From the NCBI GenBank assembly GCA_964016885.1, contig OZ024740.1, forward strand, positions 291,772,001-291,836,000: 64,000 nt of DNA, read 5' to 3'. Position numbers and translations under genes: made by a program. Shown piece after piece: positions 1 through 13,352 of the stretch. The notes beneath the pieces are model-generated. The model did not search any database, was not told the origin of the DNA, and saw nothing but the letters and a program-made list of their open reading frames with translations. The stretch's first letter is position 1. Every line of letters begins with the position of its first letter. Origin of the DNA: Eledone cirrhosa (lineage: Eukaryota).

Positions 1-2196
1 AACTGGAATTTCTTACGTGACAACTTGCTGCAGGCTACTGATGAAACTTGTGGCTGGAGCAGAGCTTCAACCAGACAGAGAGTGATCTGGTGGTGGAACA
101 GCACAGTAGATAAGGCTATTAGAGACAAAATACTAGCATGGAAGGCTTGGAAAAAGGGTGGGAGTAGGGAAGAATATACAGCCACTAAGAGAGAAGCTAG
201 ACGTCAGGTGTACTTAGCACGCAGGGAGGCAGAGAGTAGGAGGTTTGCCAATGTTCTGCGACGGGAAGATCAGAGGCGTGCGGTGTTCCACATTGCAAGG
301 CAGTGAGTCAATGCGAATCAGGATGTTGTTGGAGATAAATGTGTCCGGGATGATGCCGGTGTACTTAGTGTCACGAATGATCAGAAAAAGGAGGCCTGGA
401 AATGTCATTATGAGAGACTGATGAATGTGGAGAACAAATGGGAGAGAGAGAAATTACCCTTGGTAGATCCGACAGAGGGACCAGCTATTGAGATTGACGA
501 ATATAGGGTCCAAGAGGCGATTAGGGAAATGAAAAATGGTAAGGCTGCCGGTCCATCGGGAATAGTTGCTGAGATGCTGAAGGCATCAGGGGACGTAGGC
601 ATTAAACTGGTTGCACGCATCATCAATCAGGCTATATTTGGTGGTGTCATACCCAAAGACTGGTGCAGCAGTATTCTCATAAATTGCTACAAAGGTAAAG
701 GGGATGCTTTGGAGAGAAGCAATTATAGGGGTATAAAACTGATAGATCAGGTTATGAAAGTGGCAGAAAGGATATTAGCACAACTAATTAGAGAAAGGGT
801 CAAACTAGATGAGATGCAGTTTGGTTTTGTACCTGGGAAGAGTACAACAGATGCCCTCTTCTTGGTGAGACAATTGCAAGAAAGGTTCTTAGAGAAGAAT
901 AAGCCACTATACTTAGCCTTTGTTGACCTAAAAAAGGCCTTTGATAGGGTACCCCGATCTGTCATCTGGTGGTCCCTAAGGAAGCTAGGTGTTGAGGAAT
1001 GGCTTGTGAGGACAGTGCAAACTTTGTACAGAGGTACTCTCAGTAAAGTCAGGGTAGGAATGGAGTTTAGTGAGGAATTCCAGATACAAGTAGGAGTACA
1101 TCAGGGCTCGGTCCTCAGCCCGCTCTTGTTAATTATAGTCCTCCAAGCCATAACAGAGGAGTTTAAGACTGGCTGTCCATGGGAACTTCTCTATGCTGAC
1201 TATCTGGTTTTTATAACAGAAGTTAGTAGAGGAACTGGAGAATAAATTCTGGCTATGGAAACAGCAGTTGGAAGCAAAAGGACTGAGAGTGAATCTAGCT
1301 AAGACAAAAGTGTTGATGAGTAGAAAAGAGGACAAAACCCTGATTCCATCAGGGAAATGGCCATGTTCGATATGCAGAAAAGGAACTGGCATAAATTCTA
1401 TAAAATGCACACAATGCAAATCCTGGGTACACAAGAGATGTAGTGGGATAGCAGGCAAACTACAGTTAGGGAGAAATATGTATGCAGTAGATGTACAGGG
1501 AAATTAGACAGTAGAAGTTGCATTGATAGACACATTTTTCAAATACAGGAGGGAGCTATAGAAGTGGTGGATAGCTTCTGGTACCTAGGAGATCAGATTA
1601 GCAAGGGAGGAGGGTGTTCCGAGGCCATAGTATCTAGAATAAGGACGGGTTGGAAGAAGTTTAGGGAGCTGCATCCTCTGTTGACGAAGAAGGGTTTCTC
1701 CCTGCGTACGAAAGGCCGGTTGTATGATGCCTGTGTGAGGAGCGCGATGCTGCATGGTAGTGAGACATGGGCAGCAACTGCAGAGGATATGCAACGGCTC
1801 GAGAGAATTGAGGCAAGCATGCTCCATTGGATGTGCAGTGTAAATGTGCGTGACCGACCCAGCATAAATGTGTTGAGAGAGAAACTGTGTCTGAGAGGGA
1901 TAGAATGTAGTGTACGGGAGAGGAGACTGAGGTGGTATGGACATGTGATGCACATGGAGGATGACCGATGGGTGAAGAAGTGCCAGGAATTGCCAGTTGA
2001 AGGAAGACGTGGTAGAGGTAGGCCACGAAAAACATGGGCGGAGGTGGTGAGAACAGACCTCAGATAATTGAAGCTCACGGTGGAGATGACGAGGGACCGT
2101 GACAAGTGGAGAGATGCTGTGCTGAATAAGACCCGTCCCACCCTTGCAAGCAGGGAAAAGCGGACGTAAAATGATGATGATGATGATGATGATGAT
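1..2196 (+). mobile_element. RTE-clade LINE, 3' part, inactivated
   Basis: RT motifs QFGFVPGKSTTDA, AFVDLKKAFDRVPR, GVHQGSVLSP and YADY (YADD mutated); C-terminal RLRWYGHV..RGRPRKTW; (ATG/GAT)n tail at ~2171-2196; stop at 304-306 and frameshifts near 1222 and 1470. Runs off the window start. Confidence 0.93.
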
Positions 2197-2825
2197 ATAT
2201 TACACGTTATATAATGTTTTTGACATAATTTGTATAACTGGATAATTTTCCACTGCCAACCACTTTACAGTGTGAAGTGGGTGCATTTTATTATGGCATC
2301 AGAACTACAACTTACAAAGTATACTGGATGCATTTTATCACAGGATCAACATAAGAGATTGTTGTATCCTCAGCAGGGCAAAGGGATACAGATGGTGGGG
2401 TGAGTGTACAACAGAAGAAGCACTGCAAAGAAAACATGATTATTGCTGAGAGAGTGAGAGAGAGGGAGAAGTCTTAACTGGTGGATGTTGATGGAAGTGT
2501 CATTGAGGAGAGGTGGCAGCTCAGAGGTGGGGGGCATGGGGGGAAAAAAGTAGATTCGTAAGATTGGAGATGGGGGAGTGGATTGGATATACACATGACT
2601 AAAAGCATGTCTCTTTATATAGGCAACATTAGAGGGTAGTGGGAGAAGGAGGCTGACAGATCCTAAACAGACCTAGTTATGTGGGCAGTGAATATTAGAA
2701 ATGGTAAGTGAGGGTGATTCAAATAAGATGGAAGGAAGAAAACAATCAAAGTTAAGTACAAGGAGGAAACATTGAATGAGGAACCTAAATATAAATATAT
2801 CTCTTGGCCTCCATACTACCAACTT

Positions 2826-4462
2826 TTCAATGCATATTTCATTTTGCTTGCATGGGGTGAGTGCAGGTTTTCTCCAACATCACATATTGCCAGTCATTGT
2901 ATTCCATTGTCATCTCCATGGTAAGGTTTAGCTTCTTGAGGTCAACTTTCACCACATCATCACATGTTTTCCTCAGTCTCCATTTTCCATAGGTTCCATC
3001 TAATTTGCGTCCTCTGCATTACTTTATACAGCTGTCATCCTCCATATACATTACATGCCCATACTGGCACAATCTTGTACATTTCATCTTTATGTTCATT
3101 CCATTCCACTTCATGGGAAGGTGAGTCTCCTGCAGTATGGCATGTCAATTAACTTGATCCTGAGTCATCTCCTTTGTGAGGTTCAGCTGCATGAGGTCAG
3201 CTTTCACCACATCACAAGTTTTCCTAGGTCTTCCTCTTCTATAGGTTCCTTTGACTTAGACCACTCTGCATTTCTTTATGCAGCTGTCATCCTTCATACA
3301 CATCCCATGTCCATACAATCACAGTCTCCTCTCCTGCATGCAGCAACCAATGCCTCTTATGCCCAGTTTTTCTCTCAGATCCTTCATACTTCATCACTTA
3401 TGTATATTATGATTACAAAATCCATTGAAGTATGCTTACTTCATTTATTTCCAATCTCCATAAGTCCTCCGTACACAAAACCCAAGTCTCACTACCATGT
3501 AGCATTGCCATTTACGCACAAGCATCTTAGTCTGCCTTTCACTCTGAGGGGGAGACCTTTTGTAGCTAGCAGTGGTAGTAGTTCCCCAAACTTTGCCCAG
3601 CCCAACGTCATTCTGGCTACTCTACCTTCAGAACACCTGCCAGCACTGCTAATATGGTCTCCAGGTATCAGAAGCTGTCAACTATTTTTAAAGAAACATC
3701 GGAACATTTGATAGGATTTGTTCCCTGTGGGCTTTTGTTGCTTACTGCTCCTATGCAGCAGCTACATGCAAACCAAGTCTGCCTGCAAACTCACTATGTC
3801 TTTTGTGTACTCAAAGCTTCCATTTTGTACATAAGATGGATTTTCTGCTTACTCCTTTCCCATATACTGAGCAAAACCATTTCTCTGAGGAAATCAAGGC
3901 TTTGTTTTCTTTATTATTTACTAAGACTTTGTTCTTTGTAAGGGTGACTCTGAAGCCTTTTGATTCCAGGTTTTGCTTTCATGTCTGGAATTTCTTCCCT
4001 AATTCTGCCACAGGTTCAGCTATGTGAACTAGATCATTGGCATATAAGAGTTCTCATGAACAACTCATCTTAAACTCCTCTGTTATGACCTGAAGGACAA
4101 TAACGAACAGGAGAGGGTGAGAACAGAGCTCTGGTGGACCCCTACCTGCACACTAAATTCATCACTATGTTTATTATTGACTGCACCTCTGTACATCGGT
4201 TGTACCACCGTAAAAAGCCATTCTTCTACCCCTTGTTTCCTAAGAGCCGACCAGATTATGGAGCGGGGAACCCTGTCAAAAGCTTTTTCCAGGTCAACAA
4301 ATGCTATGTAGAGGGGCTTACTCTTAGCTAGGTATTTCTGTAGCTGTGTAACAAGGGCGAGAACATCTGTAGTACGTTTACCAAGCATAAAACTAAACTG
4401 CATCTCTATGTTACTTCTATCCTGAATTAGCTGTGCAATAACTCTTTCAGTAACTTTCATGA
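2826..4462 (-). mobile_element. Degenerate RTE LINE fragments with a duplicated 3' segment
   Basis: ORF 4083-4460 (AFVDLEKAFDRVPR, VGVHQSSVL) matches the 1-2196 element; 2826-3400 contains two successive copies of the C-terminal region. Confidence 0.85.
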
Positions 4463-4609
4463 TGTTTTGCTTTGAGAAGCCTCCACAATGTAGATAACTA
4501 TAAATAATAGTTGAATAAGTCGAGTAAAGGGTAAAATACCTCTGGATATTGAAAAAGTGATCAGGAATACTGTATGTTTTGGTCCTAGCAAATTTTATAT
4601 AAAATGGTT

Positions 4610-4820
4610 TCTAATGTTGGCAGAAGGCCAGGAATGTTTTGTGGGGAAAGATAAAGTCAATGAAATCAACCCCAGTTCTTTACTTGTACTTTATTTATCA
4701 ACCTCAGAAGGATAAAAAGGCAAACCCAACCATGGCAGAATTTTGAACTCAGAACAAAGAACTAGAGCCATTACACTAAACAATTTGTCCAATGTTCTGA
4801 TCACTCTGCCAATCTACCAC
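4610..4820 (-). mobile_element. SINE copy (family A), degenerate
   Basis: Reverse complement resembles the gagttcaaa..tttgcctttcatcct..gataaa..aagtac core of the copies at 5270 and 15295. Confidence 0.65.
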
Positions 4821-5269
4821 TCTAAATGTGTGTATGAGTGTAAAGTGCGTATATTTTTTCAAAGGTAACCATTATTCTAAAAAGAAATTCAATTGAATTT
4901 TGACCAACTGTTGAAATCCCACAATCGCACCCACAGTAAATTGTTCATTGAAGAGTATAAATAGCCAGAAATCTTATTTATGAGTTGAATAAAGTGTTCA
5001 CTGAAGATTATGAATAGCAAGAAATCTTATTTGACCTTGTTTGACACATAAAAAAACATTAAAAAAAGAAAAAAGACAGAAAGAAGGGAGGAAGATAAGT
5101 AAAAAACTAATAAATACAGCAACAGATATAAAAAGAATTTGGGAAAAATAGCAAATGACTTATTTTATTTTGACTTTTATCAGTAGATTAAAATTGGTTG
5201 AAAACATAACGTTTTTGACACATCTCGTTGTAATGGCTGACTATGTTTAGATAATAGATAACATTATTA

Positions 5270-5410
5270 TAGTTACGTCCCTTTACGATCTGAGTTCAAA
5301 TCCCGCCGAGGTTGACTTTGCCTTTCATCCTTACGGGGTCGATAAAATAAAGTATCAGTAATGCACTGGGTAATTGCTGGCCTTGTGCCTAAAGTAGAAA
5401 CAATTATTAT
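5270..5410 (+). mobile_element. tRNA-derived SINE (family A)
   Basis: B-box-like gagttcaaatccc followed by gaggttgactttgcctttcatccttacggggtcgataaaataaagta; near-identical to 15364-15485; ends in a (tta) tail. Confidence 0.8.
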
Positions 5411-5441
5411 TAATAGCAACATCATAGGCTTTGCAGATAAT

Positions 5442-5472
<31 letters not shown>

Positions 5473-5534
5473 CAGTGTGTGTGTGTCAAAATTATGCATA
5501 CAAACTAATCGAGGAGGTTCCCCACAATTCATAA

Positions 5535-7243
5535 TACCGTGTAACATATTTTTTGTTCCCCGGTTCTAAGTGTCATTTCATGGTTTGTTATATCCAATTA
5601 TTATAAAAAAACACTATTATTTAATCAGAAGTTTGGGTTTGTGGTCAGGAGTTTGATATTTCGAAATTTTCATATTTTTCAAGAAAAAACACATTTTTTT
5701 TAAATTTATCAGTTCATATAATTAAATCAACAGAGTATATATTTATTTTATTACACAAGCTTATCAAAAGCAAACAAGTAAAAACAAATAACACTTATAA
5801 AGCAACTTATACACGTCAGAAATGACTGGATTTCCTGGATTTGCGGTTGTAGTCCAGGTCGCATTCCCGCACTAGCCCCCAGATATAGTCCCCATCATTT
5901 TTTCATTGTAGTGGCCCTGGTACCTCCACTCTATCTCTTTCACATTTTGGTGGAATCGTTCGCCTTGTTCTTCTGAGTAGGCGCCCATATTGTCCTTGAA
6001 TATTTCCAGGTGAGCATCCAGCATATGGAGTTTAAGCGACATCCTGCATCCCATGGCACCAAAAGCCTTTATCAGATCCTGCACCAGTTGCTGGTAGTTT
6101 TCAGCTCTGTAGTTGCCCAGGAAGCCCTTAACAACTGCCTTGAAACAGTTCCATGCTGTTCTCTCAATCCTATTGAGCTTATTGGAGAACTCGGTAGACT
6201 CAAACACCTTCTTTATCTGAGGTCCAACAAAAATTCCACCTTCGATTTTGGGCTCAGATAACTTGGGGAAGAACTCAAGAAGGTACTTAAAAGCGGCTGA
6301 TTCTTGGTTGAGAGCCTTCACAAACTGTTTCATCAACCCCAACTTAATGTGCAGTGGCGGCATGAGCACAATCCTGGGATCAACCAGTGGCTCCCACATG
6401 ACGTTCCGGGTCCCAACTACAAATTCTGTTTGCTGCTCCCAGTTCTTTCTTTTGTAGTGGTCAGAGGTGGCTCTGCTGTCCCAAAGGCGGAGGAAGCATT
6501 GGAATTTGATAAAGCCTCCTTGGAGTTCAAGCAGGAAAGCCATCATCTTGAAGTCTCCAATGATTTCCCAATTGTACTGGTTGTATTGCAGAGCTTCCAA
6601 GAGGACTTTCACACTGTAGTAATCTTCCTTCAGGCAGACTGAATGAGCTAGGGGCAGTGTTGGGAACTTGTTTCCATTGTGGAGGAGGACAGCCTTCAAA
6701 CTTGTGGTGGAGCTGTCTATAAATAGCCGCCACTCCTTGGGCACAAATGACACCCCAATAACGTCAAACAGTCCAGGCATGTCATGGCAGAAGCAGAGGC
6801 CATGCCTAAGAGTGTAAAAGCCTGAGAAAGGTTTGTGTCGTCTTCTCTGACTTGTCACCTGCACTTCCTCCTTGACCAAGTTCCAGTGCTTCATCCTGGA
6901 GACGAATGCTTAAAACACAACTTACCTTTTATTCAGGGTGCAAAAATCCAGTATCAATCCACAGGATCTTTAATCCACTTTTTAATTTAGGTATTACTCT
7001 TTATTTTATCATTTTAATTTAACCTGAAACATATATAAAAAATCATTTAACATAAGCAAATTAAACTTACATACAACGTAAAATCCAGCATACAAATAAT
7101 TCTAGTGAATAGCTTAGAATTTTTACAAACCTGAACTTTTAACTGTTTAATAGTACTTTATTTTATTTATTTGGGATCTAAGCAACACAAAAAAAGTGAT
7201 TACAAGCCAGTAACAGAGAAAAAATTTTTTTTGTTACATGGTG
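5535..7243 (-). mobile_element. Chapaev3-like (CMC) DNA transposon, internally deleted
   Basis: Terminal inverted repeats taccgtgtaaca (5535) and tgttacatggtg (ends 7243), flanked by taa/tat, enclose a transposase ORF. Family assignment is from recalled motifs. Confidence 0.75.
5872..6894 (-). pseudogene. Transposase catalytic region lacking the N-terminus, with a frameshift near the C-terminus
   Basis: Motifs EWRLFIDSS..SLKAVLLHNGN, GDFKM, PPLHIKLGLMKQFVKAL, MSLKLH.L..HL and SEEQGERFHQ are typical of Chapaev3-type transposases; 340 codons are open. Confidence 0.85.
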
Positions 7244-7485
7244 TATCTAACCCCTTTTTTTGCCTTTCATAAATTATCATGATATACATCACCCCCTCTA
7301 ATTGTTATTTTTAATGACTGTTCAGATGTTTACCCTCTTGTGCAATTATTTCTTTCCACACATATATTCATCTTTTCATCTTACCGTTGTACCCACCACA
7401 CCTAGAATAACAGGATCACAGCTACATTTACGCCATCAACGACCCACCAACAGATTCAACCTCTTGCTTTCTTTTTAAAGCAAAT

Positions 7486-7551
7486 TTAGCCATTTTTCTG
7501 GCTGTCAAGCACTTTCGGCATTCACTGGGAGGCCGACAATTTCTCGCCTAC
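7486..7551 (+). mobile_element. Possible Ty3/Gypsy RNase H remnant
   Basis: Translates as LAIFLAVKHFRHSLGGRQFLAY, similar to the Gypsy LAI..AVKHFRH.LEGR.F motif; flanks (~7300-8300) are too decayed to delimit. Confidence 0.45.
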
Positions 7552-8944
7552 CCATCACCTACCCAGCACCTGCGAATATTGACTCAGATTTTATGGCTGC
7601 AGAAAAGCCACCCTAGAGTCATTGGGTATCTCTTCACTGGAATTTGCAATCAGCAAATGCAGATACCTGCCTGTACACAGCTACTGGTAAATTACCATAA
7701 CAGCTATACAGCTCTGGTAAAGCACTATGAACAGCATCATCATTGACAACAGCTACTGGTAAAACGATTACCATAAGATCTAACATTTGGTGCAAGAACA
7801 GCAACTTTTCGCCCATGTCAGACTTTATCCGTTTTCTATTAGACCCTGGTGGGTGGTCATGTATAAATAGCAAATAGCTAGTCATTTGACACAGTGGCTT
7901 ACATAACAAGGCCCTGAGCGCCTCACTTACAATTTTCTTCTTGCATGCATTCATTCATTCGTTCAATTTTTTTCATTAATGTGCTCTTTTTCAGCGTTTT
8001 CTTACTGGATCAATGCAAATTCAATCTTATTTATCGCCCTTCCAGTCTAAACAGGGAGTATTGTAGCAAGCTACTTTCCTTTGGTGTATTGATACCCTTT
8101 CTGTACGTGCTTTGTCTAAGTTAAGCCAATCATTACCCGCACACGGAGAATTTTCCGCTTCTTTTAATAAATTTGTTCTCTTTGCGCGTCAACTGCATAA
8201 GATAAACACTTATTCTTATTTTGCTCCGTAACCAACAATGTAACCACGGCCTGGCTAGCGCTTCAACCAGTGGACCGTGTCTAGCTGAAACCTTAATTTT
8301 GTTTATTCATTTCTTTTGGCATGCCAACCAATTTTAATCCAGCTCTTCTCACCATTGTTAATAAATCAGATACAAACGTTGTAAAGTCTTGTGATGCTAT
8401 TTACCACAGCCATTGCCTTTAAATGTGATATGGAAAGATTCTTTCCAGAGTTATATTCACAGCAGCAACAGAACTGAGACTTACATGTATTGATATAACA
8501 AACCATATCTTTCCAATTACAAACAAATACATCATTGTTACATGTTCTGGTTACATACTACTCGCTGCTATACTGATGACATAATACATTATCATTTTAT
8601 TTTATAAACTGCTTCACTGGTGAACTCTGTTGATACACAAGACACAAACAATACTAAATATTATCATTCTTGTTAATAACATTTTAAATAGTTTTAAAAT
8701 GATGACATAATATAATCTTTAAATTCTGCTTCATATATATATATGGTGAGGTGAATAGACCTGTTTTTTCTCTAGAAATCTTTTCGTTTCTGCCACTACC
8801 CCTGTCTCCCCTATTTTTCTATTTCTTTTTTAATTTCTTATTCTATTTTCTGATGAAGGACATACATACAGGCACAAGCATAGATGTGTGGTTAAGAAGT
8901 TCATTTCACAGCCATGTTGTCTTTGGTTCTATCTTACTGCACCA

Positions 8945-10500
8945 GCTTTCACCCTTCTTTCAATTCTGTCTTAACAATGGTGCTACTCCAGAGCAGTGGC
9001 AACTGCCAGTGTCATTCCTCTGTTCAAAAATGGTGACCGTACATTGCCTGTCAACTATCGTCCAGTCAGTCTTACTAGCTGCATTGCCAAACTGATGGAA
9101 TCCTATGTCAGAGAAACACTCTGGAACTTCTGGAATTCTCGCAGTCTTATCTGGCCCTCACAATTTGGATTTATCCCTAACTCCAGCTGCTGTGATCAAC
9201 TTATCAAGTTTCTTGAAGACATCATCCGCTAATGGTGGCTCATGGGTGGAGGTTGTTTACCTAGACTTTGCTAAAGCTTTTAATTCTGTGCCACACAAAA
9301 GACTTATGGCAAAAGTCTCTGCAATAGGTGTGAAGGATGATTTTTTTAACTGGTTGAAGTCCTTCATTCTCAGCCAAACAGAGGTAATCATGGTTCTAGG
9401 ACAGCATTCCTCACCATATGAGATGCCATCTGGTGTACTGCAGAGATCTGCTCTTGGTCCCCTTTTGTTTGTTGCATATATTAATGACATAAATGCCAAC
9501 TTAAAGAATGCCACAGTACTGAAATATGCAGATGACATAGAAGCTGTACCTTGAGATAAAAAGGACAGATCCAGAACACTATAGATCTTTCCTGCAATTA
9601 GACCCAGACACAATGAAGCAATGGATCACGGACTGGCAACTTAAGTTGGCTGTGGACAAGTGTAGCACCATGCATTTTTAGAGAAAAAACACAGTGCCTA
9701 CATACTCCCTCCACAACACTAATATCAAGAAGTGTTCTTGTGAACGTGACCTGGGCATTACTGTCAGCAGCGATTTGCGTTGGACGAAGCACGTCTCTAA
9801 AATTGTCAAGAAGGCTGACGGTGTCTTAGCATTACTCAGCAAGACCTTTGTCAGCCGCTCTCCAGCTATCTATTTAAAGTTGTATATAGCTATGGTGCTG
9901 CCACACTTAGAATTTGCATCACCAGTCTGGAACCCTAATTTGCTCAGAATATTGACCTCCTGGAAACTGTTCAGAGACGTGCAACCAAGTGAATACCCTC
10001 CATCAGGCATCAACCTTACTCTGAACACCTTGCTTCCTGGGCATGGTTACATTGATGCTCCAATGTTTGGCAACTGACTTAGTAAACACCCACAAAATCA
10101 TTAACCATCTTGCCAACAACAACCCTGAGCACCTTTTTGAATTCCATGTGTCTAACATACGTGGGCATGCCTACAAAGTCAGAAAACAGCACAGCTCCCA
10201 TAATTTTCGGAAACATTTTTTCCTGCTCAGAGTTGCTGAAGCATGGAACAAACTACCTGCATCAGTTGTTAGCTGCCGAGACACTGCATCCTTTAAAACC
10301 TCCATGCTTCCTGAAATTCGCCAACCCTACTCTTGATATCTCCCCTTCATACATACACACACATGTATATCATGACTCATACACTGATGACTTTCCTGAC
10401 ATTTTTACATTATTCTATGCACCATACATGCATCTTTGACGAGTTGTAGTGCACCTGAGCACTGTACACAATAATTTCATTATTACTATCCTTATTATTA
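8945..10500 (+). mobile_element. CR1-clade LINE, 5'-truncated, frameshifted
   Basis: VIPLFKNGDR..NYRPVSLTS, QFGF, VYLDFAKAFNSVPH, LGPLLFVAYIND, KYADD, RGHAYK..FF..RVAEAWNKLP; (tta)n tail near 10480-10500. Confidence 0.9.
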
Positions 10501-10584
10501 CTATGCAGCACCTTAGTTAAGTGCTTTTTGAGATGACCAATGCCTTTTGAGTGAATTAAGCAACTGTAAGGTCTTCTGTAATAT

Positions 10585-12146
10585 CATCATCATCATCAAT
10601 ATTTTGCTTTTTCATGCTTCCGTGGGACAAATCTATCTTTTTCATCACAGCTTCCCTTTATCATCTTCTCTGTGAGGTTTAATGTTATGAGATCTGCTCT
10701 TACTACTTCTGCCCAGGTCTTCCACTACTGAAGCTTCCCTCCACCTACTGCATTCCTTCATCACCTCCTCTGTCAGATTCAGTGTTATGGGATCTGCTCT
10801 TACTACTTCTGCCAAGGTCTTCTGCTACTGCAGATTCCCTCCACCTACTGATTGATATCTTCTTTACATACATTCCTTCATCACCTTTTCTGTTAGGTTC
10901 AGTGTTCTGAGATCTGCTTTAGCCATTTCTGTCTCAGTCATCCTTGGCCTTCCTCTACTGCAGCTGCCTTCCATTGGGATTACTAGATACTTCACCCAAC
11001 AACCATTATCCATACATATCACATGTCTATACCAGTACAGTCTTCTCTCTTACACATCATATGATTTCTCTTATGTTCCCCCTCCACACACATACACACA
11101 TGTATATCACGACTCATACACTATTCACTTCCCTGACATTTGTATATTATTCTATGTACTATACATGCACCTTTGACGAGTTGTAGTGCACCTGAGCACT
11201 TTACACAATAATTTCATTATTATTATACTTAGTTTTTCTTTTAGTTTCTTCCTCGGGCTTTGTCATTCATGCATACAACTATTATACATCCATTACAACA
11301 TATTCACTTCATTTCTCTCCAGCCTTTACATATCTTTTGCATTCACCACTCATATCATTCTGCCATGCAGCATCACATTTCTCATGCAGGCATTATACAA
11401 TCTATTGCGGCTTCCTTCCACTGGGATTTCTTGGCCCTTCCTCACCCAATAATTATCATCCTTGTGCATCACATATCCACATCAGCATAGTATTCTCTCC
11501 TGCACATTATATTATATTTTTCTTATACCTAATTTCTCTTTCAGTTCGTCCATGCTTTGTTTCTCTCTAGCCTTCGCATATCCTCTGCATTCATTGCTCA
11601 TATCTCACTATCATGCAGCATCGCATGTCACACACAGGCATCATACAACTGATCTTTTGTTTGTAGTGGAAAGCCTTTTTTTTTTATCAATAGAGTTAAT
11701 AGCTCTCTGAACTTTTTCCATCCTATCTTATTCTAGCTCTGATACTCTCGGAAAACCCTCCTCCTCTGCTAATTAGATCACCTAAATAGTAGAAACTATC
11801 AACCACTTCTACAGATCCTACCTGGGTATGAAACTCTTACTATCAATTTTCCTTGAACATGCAAAGTCTTCCTTTCCTGTTATATGACCTGCTATCCTGC
11901 TACACCTCTTATGTATCCAAGATATGCATTGTGTACATCATAGAGTTTCTACTTACTCCTTTTCTTAATATAAAGCAAGGCCACTTCCTTGATGGAATCA
12001 GGGGCTTGTCTTCTTTCCAACTTATTAACATTTTAGTTTTTGTTGCTTTTACTCTGTCTCTTTGGTTCTAAATTGTTTCCACAGTCAGAATTTAATTTCT
12101 AGTTCTTCCACAGATTCAGCTATAAGAATCAGGTCGTCAGCATATA
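10585..12146 (-). mobile_element. Degenerate RTE LINE 3' fragments with internal tandem duplications
   Basis: (cat)n tail at ~10585; three copies of gatctgct..tactacttctg; reverse complement follows the RTE C-terminus up to the YADD region at ~12133-12145. Confidence 0.75.
11078..11227 (+). mobile_element. Short CR1 3'-end copy nested in the RTE fragment
   Basis: Closely matches 10342-10485 (tttgacgagttgtagtgcacctgagcact..aataatttcattatta); RTE sequence resumes on both sides. Confidence 0.85.
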
Positions 12147-12327
12147 TAACAGAACAGGTAGAGACATGTTATGCCTTTAGGTGAATGTAGATATACAGAG
12201 AGAGAGAGGGGGGGGGGGGATAAAGAACATAGAATTCAATGGAGATTAACTAACTTGTGTCTGTCAGTGAAGGAGTTGTCAACAGGCAGATGGCTTAATT
12301 CCGGAATATAATCTAATTTGAAGTTTC

Positions 12328-12462
12328 ACACTGACACACACATACATATAGATACACACACACATATATATATATACATATAGATAGATAAACACACGTA
12401 TACATATACATAGATTACACACACATGTATACACATACATATAAATACACATATATTCACAC
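12328..12462. repeat. Compound (CA)/(TA) microsatellite
   Basis: Direct reading; followed by an isolated RTE-type 3' tail at ~12465-12510. Confidence 0.85.
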
Positions 12463-13352
12463 AACCCTTGCTAGCAGGAAAAGCGGCATTTAAACAACAA
12501 TAATGATGATACATATATACAAATACAATCAGAGGTATTACATTCAGTGATACTCTTGAATCTCTCTCTCTCTCTAATTTAACACTTCCTGAATATGATT
12601 GATATCTTCTTTACATACAATAGCCCTAAAAACATGTAACAGTGCCATTAGTGCTGTGCTGCAATGCCATATAGTTGGTGCATGTTCGATTTCAACTGGC
12701 GATTTAAAAAAAAATCTAACTAATAAAGTAATTGAAACTGGCATAAAAAGAAACATATATATATTTCTATTTCAGCAAATACATAATTAAACATGATATA
12801 TGCTCTAGTTTCACTATACGCAGGCAACTACCGAACGAATAAGCAACCCTGGACCAACAGCAGTAAACGACTAGGGGAGATGGAGTAAGGGGAAGAAGAT
12901 GGTTGCTCTCTTATATCGCAACTAGCCATCATATCTTGTGGCCACATCTCTATCCACTACCTGTGATCTGTTCTGAAGCAGGACAGCTCTACCAAGCATG
13001 GTATATGATATGGAAAGGAAATTTATGTACTTAGAATATCACTTTAAAAATTCCAACAGAAAATCGAAATGGCTAGCTGGTTCAGTGGTTAAAGTGTCTG
13101 ACATTTTAAACAATATACAAGTTTCAAAGTTCACTTCTGCAAGCACATGAAGAAGATCATCTACAAATTAAGCAAGCTAGTGTTTGAATGGAATTAAAGT
13201 ATGCCCTGATCTGAAAAATATATATGTAATAGCTATTCCCTTCTTATAAATGGTATTGTGTATTCAGTCTGTGAAGAAACATTTACAAATAGGAAGTCAT
13301 TAGTAGCACTTAGCAATACATCTTGCTCTGTTTTCAAGAATTTCACAATTAA

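Noticed and set aside
421-1245. Reverse transcriptase plus repeat array as a retron, DGR or telomerase-like system
   Set aside because: The RTs are ordinary decayed RTE and CR1 LINEs with mutated, deleted or frameshifted cores, 7-15 kb from the array and sharing no sequence with it.
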